Shown here: piece after piece, positions 23,304 to 32,872 of the stretch
Numbering within the stretch: the stretch's first letter is position 1
Layout: every line of letters begins with the position of its first letter
Assembly: GCA_034520565.1 (NCBI GenBank)
Contig: JAXHNL010000002.1
Span: 544,001-608,000, forward strand
DNA: 64,000 nucleotides
Direction: 5' to 3'
Source: Halodesulfurarchaeum sp.
GTDB taxonomy: Archaea; Halobacteriota; Halobacteria; Halobacteriales; Halobacteriaceae
The notes under the pieces: model-generated
The model's input: the letters and a program-made list of their open reading frames with translations, nothing else
The model's database searches: none
Told to the model about the DNA's origin: nothing
Program-made: the position numbers and the translations under genes

Positions 23304-23681
23304 ATGGTAGCTGGTCCGTTGGGGGGTGTCGAAGTGCCTGAATCCCAGGCCGTTTTCGACGCCCTCGAGGACGGCGACTGTCGTCGAATCATCGAGCACC
23401 TCGAGGAGCCCCGGACGGCAAAGGAACTCTCCGAGGACTGTGAGTTACCACTCTCGACGACCTATCGCAAACTCGATATCCTCACGGACGCCTCGCTGCT
23501 TTCCGAACGGACGGTGATTCAGTCAGATGGGCACCATACCACACAATACGAGATCGCCTTCGAAGACGTCACCATCGAACTCGACGAGGACCACCGGATC
23601 ACCGTCGGTATCCAGCGGACGTCCGAAGCGACGGACGAGCGCCTCGAAACGCTGTGGGCGGAGGTTCGACGCGAAACATGA
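23304..23681 (+). CDS. ArsR-like winged-helix regulator
   Basis: ALEDGDCRRII..TAKELSEDCELPLSTTYRKL. Confidence 0.8.
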   Translation: MVAGPLGGVEVPESQAVFDALEDGDCRRIIEHLEEPRTAKELSEDCELPLSTTYRKLDILTDASLLSERTVIQSDGHHTTQYEIAFEDVTIELDEDHRITVGIQRTSEATDERLETLWAEVRRET

Positions 23682-23953
23682 GTGAAATTACCGGCCTGAT
23701 CGTCGTTTTGAAAACGTTTACCGTGGTGCTTGGCGGACTCATCACGTATTTCGCCTACCGGGCATACCGGCGGACCGAAGCTCGACCGCTCCGGTGGCTT
23801 TCGATCGGTTTTGCCATTATTACGCTTGGCACCTTGTTCGGGGGCATGGTCGACCAGTTACTGGTTACCACCCGGGAGTGGGCCATCGTGATGGAGAGTT
23901 CGCTGGCCGTCGTCGGGTTCGGGATCATCCTCTACTCCCTGTACGCGGAGTGA
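23678..23953 (+). CDS. Small 3-TM membrane protein coupled to the HTH gene
   Basis: ATGA overlap; AYRAYRRT..GF..ILYSLY pattern. Confidence 0.75.
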   Translation: MSEITGLIVVLKTFTVVLGGLITYFAYRAYRRTEARPLRWLSIGFAIITLGTLFGGMVDQLLVTTREWAIVMESSLAVVGFGIILYSLYAE

Positions 23954-24103
23954 CCGGCCAACTCTCACCCGGGATAAGCGCGGTTCCACAGCGTGACACC
24001 GGTGACCGGTTCGACCGCGATTCACTGGTGAAAACCGGCTCCCCGCACCCGAACCGGCTGCTGGGACTGGAATCTCGGTTGCCGGATTGGATCCATGTGG
24101 CCA

Positions 24104-24946
24104 TCAGCCGATCGCAAGGCCACCGGTCCCGGTTAATGCCACGACCGGGAGGTCGAGGTCCGAGGCTGCCAGTCGGATCCAGCCGAGCCAGGGAATCCTG
24201 ACGACGGCCGTGCCCCGAACCCACTCGGGCTCGACGACCGAGCTGATCCCCCGTGTCTGGTCGTAGTAGTTGTTCGTGACCGTATTGTCGCCCTTCGTGA
24301 TGAACCCGTCCGTGGGCGCCGGACACGCGGCGAGTTCGTCACACGAGTCCGCCCTGAGCAGCTCGGAATCGGCCCTGTTATACCAGTTCTCACCGGTTTC
24401 GACGTAGAGGTGGGCTCGATGGATGATCGGCGTGGCGGACTGGGAGCCGTCGGGCTGGTAAACGATGACGTCCCCTGGGCCGCCGAACCGATCGTAATCC
24501 TGCTCGATCCCGGTTTCGGCGGTCACGACGCCCGTTTCTCCGGCGGCGAAGTCTGGCGAAAACCGACCCTCCTCCATCACGAGTACGAGGTCCCCCTTCT
24601 GGAGGTGGGGGTCCATGCTGTCGCTTTCGACGGCGACGAGTGGCGGCCACACCCCGCTTATGACGTACAGCAACATCCCGACCACGACGACGATGAGGAC
24701 GCTCACGAGGATTTCCCGGAGGAAGGATACCCACTCCGAGTCGCTCCGTCTGATCCAGCTAAGTGCGGCTCCCACCCCGTCCCGTGGATCCGGCTCGTCG
24801 TCGGCCGTGGCGAACGTCGGCGGCGGAGTCGGTCTCTCCGTGTCGGTTCGGTCTGCTCCCGTTTTCGTCTCACTTGCGGGTGAACTGTTCCCGACAGGGC
24901 GCCCCTCGTCCCGACTGGGCTCTTCGCCCGCCTCCTCGCGACCCAT
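24104..24946 (-). CDS. sec11: Signal peptidase I (S26B)
   Basis: VESDSMDPHLQKGDLV, PIIHRA, TKGDN and RIPWLG; start uncertain. Confidence 0.9.
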   Translation of the reverse strand: MGREEAGEEPSRDEGRPVGNSSPASETKTGADRTDTERPTPPPTFATADDEPDPRDGVGAALSWIRRSDSEWVSFLREILVSVLIVVVVGMLLYVISGVWPPLVAVESDSMDPHLQKGDLVLVMEEGRFSPDFAAGETGVVTAETGIEQDYDRFGGPGDVIVYQPDGSQSATPIIHRAHLYVETGENWYNRADSELLRADSCDELAACPAPTDGFITKGDNTVTNNYYDQTRGISSVVEPEWVRGTAVVRIPWLGWIRLAASDLDLPVVALTGTGGLAIG

Positions 24947-25037
24947 GTCCCGGACTACTGCACTTTCCCCTTTGAACGTTCCCATGGCCGGCCCAACAGT
25001 CGCTATGCTTTTGGGATCGAAACGTCTCTCTCCGTCC

Positions 25038-26651
25038 GTGCCGCGATCGTCACCGGTCCGCATCGTCAAACGCCTGACGGCAGCCGGACTCAACGCTGAC
25101 CGCGAGGCGGTTACCCTTCTGGCCGCCGCCGCGGATCCGGACCGAGCCGTTTCGCGGCTCATCGACCGGATGGACGATCAGACGGTGACCGTGACCACGG
25201 CCGACGTCAGGCCGGTCCTCGATAACGCGCGCGTCAGAACTGACGAGTCGACCGTCTCTAACGGGACTACTGGCCCGGACAATACCACAGTTTCAGGTGG
25301 AGGGGAAAGTACCGAGAACCACGATACTGCAACCGTATCTACACCCGAAATGATGGGGGGAAACTCGGCGGAGACTTCCGGTCACTCTGACCAGGGTCCG
25401 TCCCGGGGAACATCGACAACCCGGAACACCGAGACGAGTCGAAATCCGGAGTCACCTGCTATCACCGGGGACGTGACGGGGGAGAGCACCGGGACCGGGG
25501 TTTACGAGGACTTCGTTTCCGTGTTCCGGGACCGGTACGAGCGTCTCTCCGCGATGCTTCGGGGGCGGGTAAACCACCGTCCCACGGACGCGCTCGAATC
25601 GATGGACGGCGGCGCCGACGCCGCCCTTATCGGGATGGTCACGGACGTTCGCTCGACTCGAAACGGGCATTGGCTGATCGACCTCGAAGACACGAACGGG
25701 ACCTTCCCGGCGCTGGTGATGAAAGACCGGGAGTTCGCCGGTCGCGTCGACGAACTCCTGCTCGACGAGGTGATCGCCGTCGAGGGAACTCTCGCGGACG
25801 ACTCGGGGATCATTTTCGCCGATCAACTGTACTTCCCCGATGTTCCCCGGACGTTCACGCCGTCGACTGCCGACCGCCACGTCCAGGCCGCCCTCGTGAG
25901 CGACCTGCACGTCGGCAGCCAGGAGTTCCTCGCGGAGGCCTGGTCCAGATTCACCGACTGGTTGCACGGGCCCGCGGGCGAGAACGTCGAATACCTCCTG
26001 ATTGCCGGGGACATGGTCGAAGGTGTCGGCGTCTATCCCGACCAGGACGAGGAACTCGACGTCGTCGACATTTTCGAGCAGTACGAGCAGTTCGCCGAAC
26101 AGCTGAAAGCCGTGCCCGGTGACATGGAGATCGTCATGATCCCGGGGAACCACGACGCCGTCAGACTGGCCGAACCCCAGCCCGCCTTCGAGCCCGAACT
26201 CCGGGAGATCATGACTGCCCACGACGCGACGATCACCGGGAACCCGTCGACGGTCGAACTCGAGGGGGTCTCTGTCCTGATGTACCACGGCGTCTCGCTC
26301 GACGAACTCGTCGCCGAACTCCCCCTCGAGTCGGTGAGTTACGAGCGGCCGGCCGGGGCGATGGCCCAACTCGTGAAAAAGCGTCACCTGGCGCCGAAGT
26401 TCGGTGGCAAGAACCGGATCGCCCCGGAGAAGCGGGACTATCTCGTCATCGAGGACCTCCCCGACGTCGTCCACTCCGGACACGTTCACAAACTGGGTGT
26501 CGACGGGTATCAGGGTGTCCGACTGATCAACTCGGGCTGTTTCCAGGGCCAGACCGCGTTCCAGCGCAGCGTCAACATCGAACCCGATACCGGGACGGTC
26601 CCCATTCTCTCCCTCGACACGCTCGACGTGACCGTCCGGAAGTTCACCTGA
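25038..26651 (+). CDS. polD1: DNA polymerase D small subunit DP1
   Basis: SDLHVGS, GDMVEG, PGNHD, YHG, RHLAP and GHVH; likely GTG start. Confidence 0.95.
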   Translation: MPRSSPVRIVKRLTAAGLNADREAVTLLAAAADPDRAVSRLIDRMDDQTVTVTTADVRPVLDNARVRTDESTVSNGTTGPDNTTVSGGGESTENHDTATVSTPEMMGGNSAETSGHSDQGPSRGTSTTRNTETSRNPESPAITGDVTGESTGTGVYEDFVSVFRDRYERLSAMLRGRVNHRPTDALESMDGGADAALIGMVTDVRSTRNGHWLIDLEDTNGTFPALVMKDREFAGRVDELLLDEVIAVEGTLADDSGIIFADQLYFPDVPRTFTPSTADRHVQAALVSDLHVGSQEFLAEAWSRFTDWLHGPAGENVEYLLIAGDMVEGVGVYPDQDEELDVVDIFEQYEQFAEQLKAVPGDMEIVMIPGNHDAVRLAEPQPAFEPELREIMTAHDATITGNPSTVELEGVSVLMYHGVSLDELVAELPLESVSYERPAGAMAQLVKKRHLAPKFGGKNRIAPEKRDYLVIEDLPDVVHSGHVHKLGVDGYQGVRLINSGCFQGQTAFQRSVNIEPDTGTVPILSLDTLDVTVRKFT

Positions 26652-26803
26652 GCGGGCGTGCCGGGCGGGGTGTCAGGGCGCTCGCGAACCGCCGTCGAAT
26701 CAGTCGACCGAACGACACCGTCGCGGTCGAAGGACACAGTTATCATTGCCGACGCGCTACTCGGTGCTATGTACCTCTCTAGCACGGCACGGAGGCGTCT
26801 CGT

Positions 26804-27982
26804 ATGCGGGTAGTCACCAAGTTCGGGGGCACGAGTCTGGGCAGCGGCGAGCGCATCGACCGGGCGGCGGATTCCATCGCCGACGTCGCCGGGGCGGGCC
26901 ACGAGATCGCCGTCGTGGCAAGCGCCATGGGCAACACCACTGACGAACTCCTCGACGCGATCGCCTTCGAGGCGACCGACAAGGACGAGGCCGAAATCGT
27001 CTCGATGGGCGAACGGACGAGCGTTCGCCTGCTGAAGGCCGCGCTCACGGCCCGGGACATCGACTCGACGTTCGTCGAACCGGGCCACCCCGACTGGCCC
27101 ATCGTCACGAACGAGATGGGCGAAGTACTCCCCGAGGAGACGCGTCGCCGCGCCAAACTGCTGGCCGAGAAACTCGCGGACACGGTCCCGATATTGACGG
27201 GGTTTCTCGCCGAGGATATGGACGGCAACATGACGACGCTCGGGCGGGGCGGAAGCGACACGACTGCGGTCATGCTCGGGCAGTACATGGACGCAGATCA
27301 GGTCGTCATCGTCACCGACGTCGAGGGCGTGATGACTGGGGATCCGAACGTCGTCGAAGGGGCCCAGAACGTCGGGAAGATCACCGTCGACGAGTTGCGC
27401 AACCTCTCGTTTCGGGGTGCGGAGGTCGTGGCCCCGAGTGCCCTCAGTTACAAAAACGAGGATCTCACGGTGCGGGTGATTCACTATCAGCACCGAAATA
27501 TTCTCTCGGGCGGGACGACGATCGAGGGCAAGTTCGAACACATGGTCGACATGCGCGAGGACCCGCTTTCCTGTCTCACCGTGGCCGGCCGGGCGATTCG
27601 GAACACGCCCGGAATCCTGCACTCGCTCTCGGGTGCGCTTTTCGACGCCGGCATCAACATCGACGCGGTCGCTTCGGGAATGGACTCGATCACCGTCTAC
27701 GTCGACGGCGAGAAGGCCAAAACCGCCGAAACGGTCCTCCACGACAAGATCATCGAGAACAACACCCTCTCGAGTGTCACGGTCACGGACGACATCGCGG
27801 TCATCCGGGTCCTGGGGACCGAATTTCCCAATCAACCCGGTGTGGTCTCGGGTGTCGTCTCGCCACTCGCCGACGCCCACATCAATCTCATCGACGTTAT
27901 CACTTCAGCGACCTCGGTGGCAGCCTTCGTCCCGTGGGCGGACCGCGAGGAGGCCCTGGAAATCATCCACGAGGCGTTCTGA
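26804..27982 (+). CDS. lysC: Aspartate kinase
   Basis: KFGGTS, SAMG, LGRGGSDTTA and two ACT domains. Confidence 0.95.
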   Translation: MRVVTKFGGTSLGSGERIDRAADSIADVAGAGHEIAVVASAMGNTTDELLDAIAFEATDKDEAEIVSMGERTSVRLLKAALTARDIDSTFVEPGHPDWPIVTNEMGEVLPEETRRRAKLLAEKLADTVPILTGFLAEDMDGNMTTLGRGGSDTTAVMLGQYMDADQVVIVTDVEGVMTGDPNVVEGAQNVGKITVDELRNLSFRGAEVVAPSALSYKNEDLTVRVIHYQHRNILSGGTTIEGKFEHMVDMREDPLSCLTVAGRAIRNTPGILHSLSGALFDAGINIDAVASGMDSITVYVDGEKAKTAETVLHDKIIENNTLSSVTVTDDIAVIRVLGTEFPNQPGVVSGVVSPLADAHINLIDVITSATSVAAFVPWADREEALEIIHEAF

Positions 27983-27988
27983 ACCCAG

Positions 27989-28747
27989 ATGACGGAGACT
28001 GACATGGAGTGGCGACTCCTTCCCGAGAGACAGTTCGACGCGTACACGAACATGGCTCTCGACGAGGCGATTCAGGAGCAGGTCGCCGACGGTTCCGACC
28101 CCGTCATTCGGTTCTACCGCTGGAAGCCGGCGGCTGTCAGTATCGGCTACTTCCAGCGACTCCGGGAGGAAGTCGACGTGGAGCGGTGTGCGGCCGACGG
28201 CATCGACTACGTCAGGCGTCGCACCGGTGGCGGGGCCGTCTATCACGATCCCGACGGCGAGTTGACTTACTCCGTCATCGCCCCCGAGTCGGTCTATCCC
28301 TCGGCCGTCGAGGAGAGTTACCGGGCGATCATCGACCGGGTGATCGACGGCTTCTCGCGGGTCGGTATCGAGGCCGCGTTCGCCCCGATCAACGACGTCG
28401 AGGTCGACGGGCGGAAGCTCTCGGGCAACGCCCAGACTCGTCGCGACGGGGTGCTCCTCCAGCACGGCACGCTCCTTTATGACCTGGATCCCGAGCGGAT
28501 GTTCACTGCCCTCTCCGTCGACGCCGAAAAACTCTCGGACAAACACGTCGAGCGGGCCAGCGACCGGGTCGCAACTGTCAGGTCGTTGAGCGAGGCGTCA
28601 ATGGCGGACCTGCGTGCGGCCATGATCGAGGCGTTCACGAAGGGTCGGACGTTCCGCGAGAGCGGGTATCGCGAGGCCGAACTCGAACGGGCCGCGGAAC
28701 TCGCTGAAACCCGGTATGCGACCGACGAGTGGAACTTCAAACGCTGA
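27989..28747 (+). CDS. lplA: Lipoate-protein ligase family protein (catalytic domain only)
   Basis: NMALDE, RRRTGGGAVYHD, KLSGNAQ and QHGT. Confidence 0.85.
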   Translation: MTETDMEWRLLPERQFDAYTNMALDEAIQEQVADGSDPVIRFYRWKPAAVSIGYFQRLREEVDVERCAADGIDYVRRRTGGGAVYHDPDGELTYSVIAPESVYPSAVEESYRAIIDRVIDGFSRVGIEAAFAPINDVEVDGRKLSGNAQTRRDGVLLQHGTLLYDLDPERMFTALSVDAEKLSDKHVERASDRVATVRSLSEASMADLRAAMIEAFTKGRTFRESGYREAELERAAELAETRYATDEWNFKR

Positions 28748-28781
28748 AACTCGCCACGGCCGAATCTGCGTAGCGGTCTGC

Positions 28782-29693
28782 CTACTGCGATCCCAACTCG
28801 TCCGGCTCGGCCCCCTCCTCGAGAACGTTCTCGACGAACAGCTCGCCGGCCCGGTAAGAGGAGCGAACGGTCGGGCCCGAGGCCACGTACGTAAAGCCGA
28901 GCTCCTCGCCCACGTCCCGGTAGGACTCGAACTGCTCGGGCGGGACGTAATTCGTTACCTCGGGATGGGCGCGCGACGGTCGGAGATACTGGCCGACGGT
29001 GAGAAAGTCGACGGCTGCACCGCGGAGATCTTCCATGGCCTCCCGAATCTCCGACTCCGTTTCGCCGAAGCCGACCATCAGTGAACTTTTCGTAAAGATC
29101 GAGGGATCGAGTTTCTTGACGCCCTCGAGGACCGAGAGGGACTGGTAATAGCTGGCCCGGTGATCCCGCACGTCGGCCTGGAGGCGCCTGACCGTCTCGA
29201 CGTTGTGCCCGATCACGTCAGGCTCGGCCTGGGTGATCTGCCTGAGCGAGTCCGTCGAGCCAGCGAAATCCGGGATGAGCACCTCGATCCGTTTGTCGGG
29301 ATTCCGGTCGGCCACCGCTTCGATACAGTCGGCGAAGTGGGCGGCCCCACCGTCCGGGAGGTCGTCCCGATCGACGGAAGTGACGACCACGTACTCGAGG
29401 TCGAGGTCGTCGACGGCCGCGGCGAGCCGGGCCGGTTCGGTGGGGTCTGGGGTCCCGTCGGCCGGCACCCCCGTCGGGACGTCACAGAAATCACAGTTCC
29501 GCGTGCAGGTATCGCCCATGATCATGAACGTCGCGGTGCGCTCCTGAGCCCAGCACTCCTCGCGATTCGGGCAGGAGGCGGACTCGCAGACGGTGTGCAG
29601 TGACTGGTCCGCCACCGTCTCGTGAACGGCGTGGTGTCGACGGTCCACGCCGGAGAGTTCCTCGCGGATCCAGTCCGGCTTGGGACGGGCCAT
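28782..29693 (-). CDS. lipA: Lipoyl synthase
   Basis: CESASCPNREEC, CTRNCDFC and RSSY; start MARPKPDW. Confidence 0.95.
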   Translation of the reverse strand: MARPKPDWIREELSGVDRRHHAVHETVADQSLHTVCESASCPNREECWAQERTATFMIMGDTCTRNCDFCDVPTGVPADGTPDPTEPARLAAAVDDLDLEYVVVTSVDRDDLPDGGAAHFADCIEAVADRNPDKRIEVLIPDFAGSTDSLRQITQAEPDVIGHNVETVRRLQADVRDHRASYYQSLSVLEGVKKLDPSIFTKSSLMVGFGETESEIREAMEDLRGAAVDFLTVGQYLRPSRAHPEVTNYVPPEQFESYRDVGEELGFTYVASGPTVRSSYRAGELFVENVLEEGAEPDELGSQ

Positions 29694-29886
29694 GGGCTCT
29701 CTAGCGGCCGGGGCAGTATAACGCGTGTGGAGTGTGCACGAGAAACCGGAACTGTCGTCTCGCGGATGCTGTGGTGTCCGTGACCGGCCGCTCGTGCACA
29801 GCTCTGGCGCTCCTCGTCGGCGGTCGCACACTGGCGCACATCTTTTTAAAGGAAGACGTATGTGGGCGCCGTCGCACCGCTCGTGC

Positions 29887-31227
29887 ATGCGCTCGTATCT
29901 CTCGAAGATGGTGACGACGACGACGCTTCCGCCCCGGGAACGGCGGGAAGAACTCGTCGCCGAGGCAGGCTACAACGTCTTCAATCTCGACTCCTCGGCG
30001 GTCTACGTCGACCTGCTCACCGACAGCGGCACCGGGACCATGAGCGACGAACAGTGGGCGGCCCTCTTCCGCGGCGACGAGGCTTACGCCGGCAGTTCGA
30101 GCTTCGCAGCCCTCGAGGAAGCCGTCGAGGCGGTCATGGGCTTCGAGCACGTCGTGCCCGCCCACCAGGGGCGAGGCGCCGAGAACGTCCTCTATGGCAT
30201 CCTCTTCGAAGAGGGCGATGTCGTCCCGAACAACACCCACTTCGACACGACGCGTGCCCACGTCGCAAACGCCGGGGCCGAGCCAATCGACTGCCCGGTC
30301 GAAGACGCCATGGACCCCGAGACCGGCGGGGACTTCAAGGGTAACCTGGACGTCGAGGCCGTTCGCTCGCTGGCCGACGAACACGGCAGCGAGGCGATTC
30401 CCGCTGTCATCTTGACGATCACGAACAACTCGGCCGCAGGCCAACCAGTGAGTATGAAAAACACCCGGCAGGCAAAGGGACTCGCGGACGAACTGGGGGT
30501 TCCGCTGGTCGTCGACGCCTGCCGCTTTGCCGAGAACGCGTACTTCATCCAGCAGCGAGAGCCGGGGTACGCGGACGCGCCGGTCGCCGAAATCGCTCGG
30601 GAACAGCTCTCGTATGCCGACGCGCTGGTTATGAGTGCGAAAAAGGACGGCATTACAAACATCGGGGGGTTCGTCGCCGTTCGTGATCCGGACCTGTTCG
30701 AGCGGGTGAAACAGCGGGCGATCCTCTACGAGGGCTTTTCGACCTACGGCGGGATGGCCGGCCGGGACATCGAAGCGCTCGCGGTCGGACTCCGGGAGGC
30801 CGTCGAGGACGAGTACGTCGCCCAGCGGGTGGGCCAGACCCGGGAACTCGGGCAGCGCCTCGCGGACGCGGGGGTGCCTGTATACGAGCCGATCGGGGGC
30901 CACGCCGTCTACATCGACGCCGCCGCGGCCCTTCCGCACGTTCCCGACGACCAGTTCCCGGGCCAGGCGCTGGTCGTGGAACTCTACCGCGAGGGCGCGG
31001 TGCGCGGGGTCGAACTCGGGAGTTTCGCCTTCCCGGAAACCGACCGCCCGGAACTCGTCCGGCTCGCGCTCCCCCGGCGAACCTACCATCGCGAGCACAT
31101 CGACCACGTCGTCGAGACCGCGGCGGCCGTGCTGGACCGATCCGAGTCCGTGCCGGGCTACGAGGTCGTCTGGGAGCCGCCCCGGAAGGAACTCCGCCAC
31201 TTCTCGGCCGAACTCGAACCGGTCTGA
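29887..31227 (+). CDS. tnaA: Tryptophanase
   Basis: DLLTDSGT, HQGRGAE, MSAKKDG, YGGMAGRD and LRHF. Confidence 0.9.
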   Translation: MRSYLSKMVTTTTLPPRERREELVAEAGYNVFNLDSSAVYVDLLTDSGTGTMSDEQWAALFRGDEAYAGSSSFAALEEAVEAVMGFEHVVPAHQGRGAENVLYGILFEEGDVVPNNTHFDTTRAHVANAGAEPIDCPVEDAMDPETGGDFKGNLDVEAVRSLADEHGSEAIPAVILTITNNSAAGQPVSMKNTRQAKGLADELGVPLVVDACRFAENAYFIQQREPGYADAPVAEIAREQLSYADALVMSAKKDGITNIGGFVAVRDPDLFERVKQRAILYEGFSTYGGMAGRDIEALAVGLREAVEDEYVAQRVGQTRELGQRLADAGVPVYEPIGGHAVYIDAAAALPHVPDDQFPGQALVVELYREGAVRGVELGSFAFPETDRPELVRLALPRRTYHREHIDHVVETAAAVLDRSESVPGYEVVWEPPRKELRHFSAELEPV

Positions 31228-31255
31228 TCGCCACTGGGTCGGCTTTTGTCTCGAT

Positions 31256-31915
31256 TCACCGCCCTGCACGGAGGCGTTCTGCCGTTCTGAGCGGCAAATC
31301 GGCCGCCGCCACTGCCCGCTCGACCCGGCTGATGTCGTAGGTCACCCGGCGGGTCTCGACGCGTTTCGAATCCAGATCGAGAACCGCGTAGGCCGCCTTG
31401 GGGTCACGGTCCCGCGGCTGGCCGACGCTCCCCGGGTTGAGCACGATCCCATCTGCTGTCTGCTCGACGTGCTGGACGTGAGTGTGGCCCAGGACGAGCA
31501 CCGACTCCTCGCCGAGCATGCCCGGACCGAACTCCTCCGGGTACGTGTATCGGTCGGGGTCATCGGGATGACCGTGCACGATTTTGACCCGGCCGTCGAA
31601 CAGGGTGCGGTCGGGAGGCAGTTCGGCGAGGAACTCGACCTGCTCGGCCGAGAGCTGTTCCCGTGCGTAGCTCACCCCTGCCCGGGCCATCTCGTTTCCC
31701 CGGAAGTTGCCGCGGCTCGCGACCATTCGGTCGTGGTTCCCCTGCACGCAGGGCACCTCACGATCCCGCATCCGCTCTACGACCTCGGCTGGCCAGGGGT
31801 TGTATCCGACGAGGTCCCCGGCACAGACCAGGCTGTCGACAACCGGCATATCAGCGAGCACGGCTTCGAGGGCCGGCAGGTTCGCGTGGATGTCGGACAC
31901 GATCCCGACCTGCAT
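31256..31915 (-). CDS. Metallophosphoesterase
   Basis: SDIHAN, GDLVGY, GNHD, GHTH and NPGSVGQPRD. Confidence 0.9.
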   Translation of the reverse strand: MQVGIVSDIHANLPALEAVLADMPVVDSLVCAGDLVGYNPWPAEVVERMRDREVPCVQGNHDRMVASRGNFRGNEMARAGVSYAREQLSAEQVEFLAELPPDRTLFDGRVKIVHGHPDDPDRYTYPEEFGPGMLGEESVLVLGHTHVQHVEQTADGIVLNPGSVGQPRDRDPKAAYAVLDLDSKRVETRRVTYDISRVERAVAAADLPLRTAERLRAGR

Positions 31916-31947
31916 GGATCCACGTTCGGAACCGAGCCGGATGGGCG

Positions 31948-32520
31948 TTACTCTCCGTGATAGACGGCCACGTCGAACCCCGCCGTGTCCCGGATGACTC
32001 CGGCCGCCGCGACCCGATGCTCGAAGTCGGCGTCGTAGGCGTTCCTGGCCGCCTCGGGGGCCGAATCCACCTCGAAGTCGAACATCTCGGGGGCGTCTTT
32101 CTCGTAGGTCGCGACGAGGGTCGGCTCCGAGACCGCCCTCACCAGGAGTGCGTCCCGCCGGACGATGCCGACGAAGGATTCCTCGCCCAGGACGCCGGCG
32201 ATGCGGGGTGTGTCGTAGTCGTCCTTCTCGTAATCGAGGGCGAACAGCCCGGAGACGAGCGCGTCACGCGGTGGATAGCCGAGATCCAGCTTCTCGGCGA
32301 TCGGGTCGACGTGAGAGCCGTTTCCGATTACCATCCCGTCACCGCCCGGTCTGACGCAGTTGTAGGAGATGTAGGGGTTGTCGGTCTCCGGGGCGTCGGC
32401 GGTCGGGACGACCGTCAGGGTGTCCCCGCGCTCGACGATCTTCCGGTTGGGAAAGGATCGCGAGGAGACGCGATAGGCTGCGGTCTCGGGCCCGACGACG
32501 ATGAATCGACCCACGTACAT
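31948..32520 (-). CDS. purO: IMP cyclohydrolase
   Basis: [17 protein letters not shown] and [11 protein letters not shown]. Confidence 0.93.
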   Translation of the reverse strand: MYVGRFIVVGPETAAYRVSSRSFPNRKIVERGDTLTVVPTADAPETDNPYISYNCVRPGGDGMVIGNGSHVDPIAEKLDLGYPPRDALVSGLFALDYEKDDYDTPRIAGVLGEESFVGIVRRDALLVRAVSEPTLVATYEKDAPEMFDFEVDSAPEAARNAYDADFEHRVAAAGVIRDTAGFDVAVYHGE

Positions 32521-32646
32521 GGTACATGGATCCCCCAACACGCACAAGAGTGTAGCGGAACGGCGGTCAGGTGCCCGAATCTGGAGCCCTCCGTGACCCG
32601 AACGCGGAACGGTTAAGGGCGATCATCGAATAGGATCCATCGCAGC

Positions 32647-32719
32647 AGTCCCATGGGGTAGTGGCCAATCCTGTTGCCTTCTGGGGGCAACGACCCAGGT
32701 TCGAATCCTGGTGGGACTA
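32647..32719 (+). tRNA. tRNA-Gln (CTG)
   Basis: AGTCCCA/TGGGACT acceptor stem; anticodon arm TTGCC-TTCTGGG-GGCAA; GGTTCGAATCC T-loop; CCA not encoded. Confidence 0.96.
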
Positions 32720-32872
32720 TTCGGTTTTCGTTCTCCCAACGCCGTCGGAAACGGCTTCTCGTGTTCGGTGAGCAACTCGACGATCGTGACTTCCCGGTCT
32801 CAGCCGTCCCGGTCGAACCCCGGAATGACTCATCTGTCGACACCCGATTTCCCGGTGCAATACCCCGACTAG

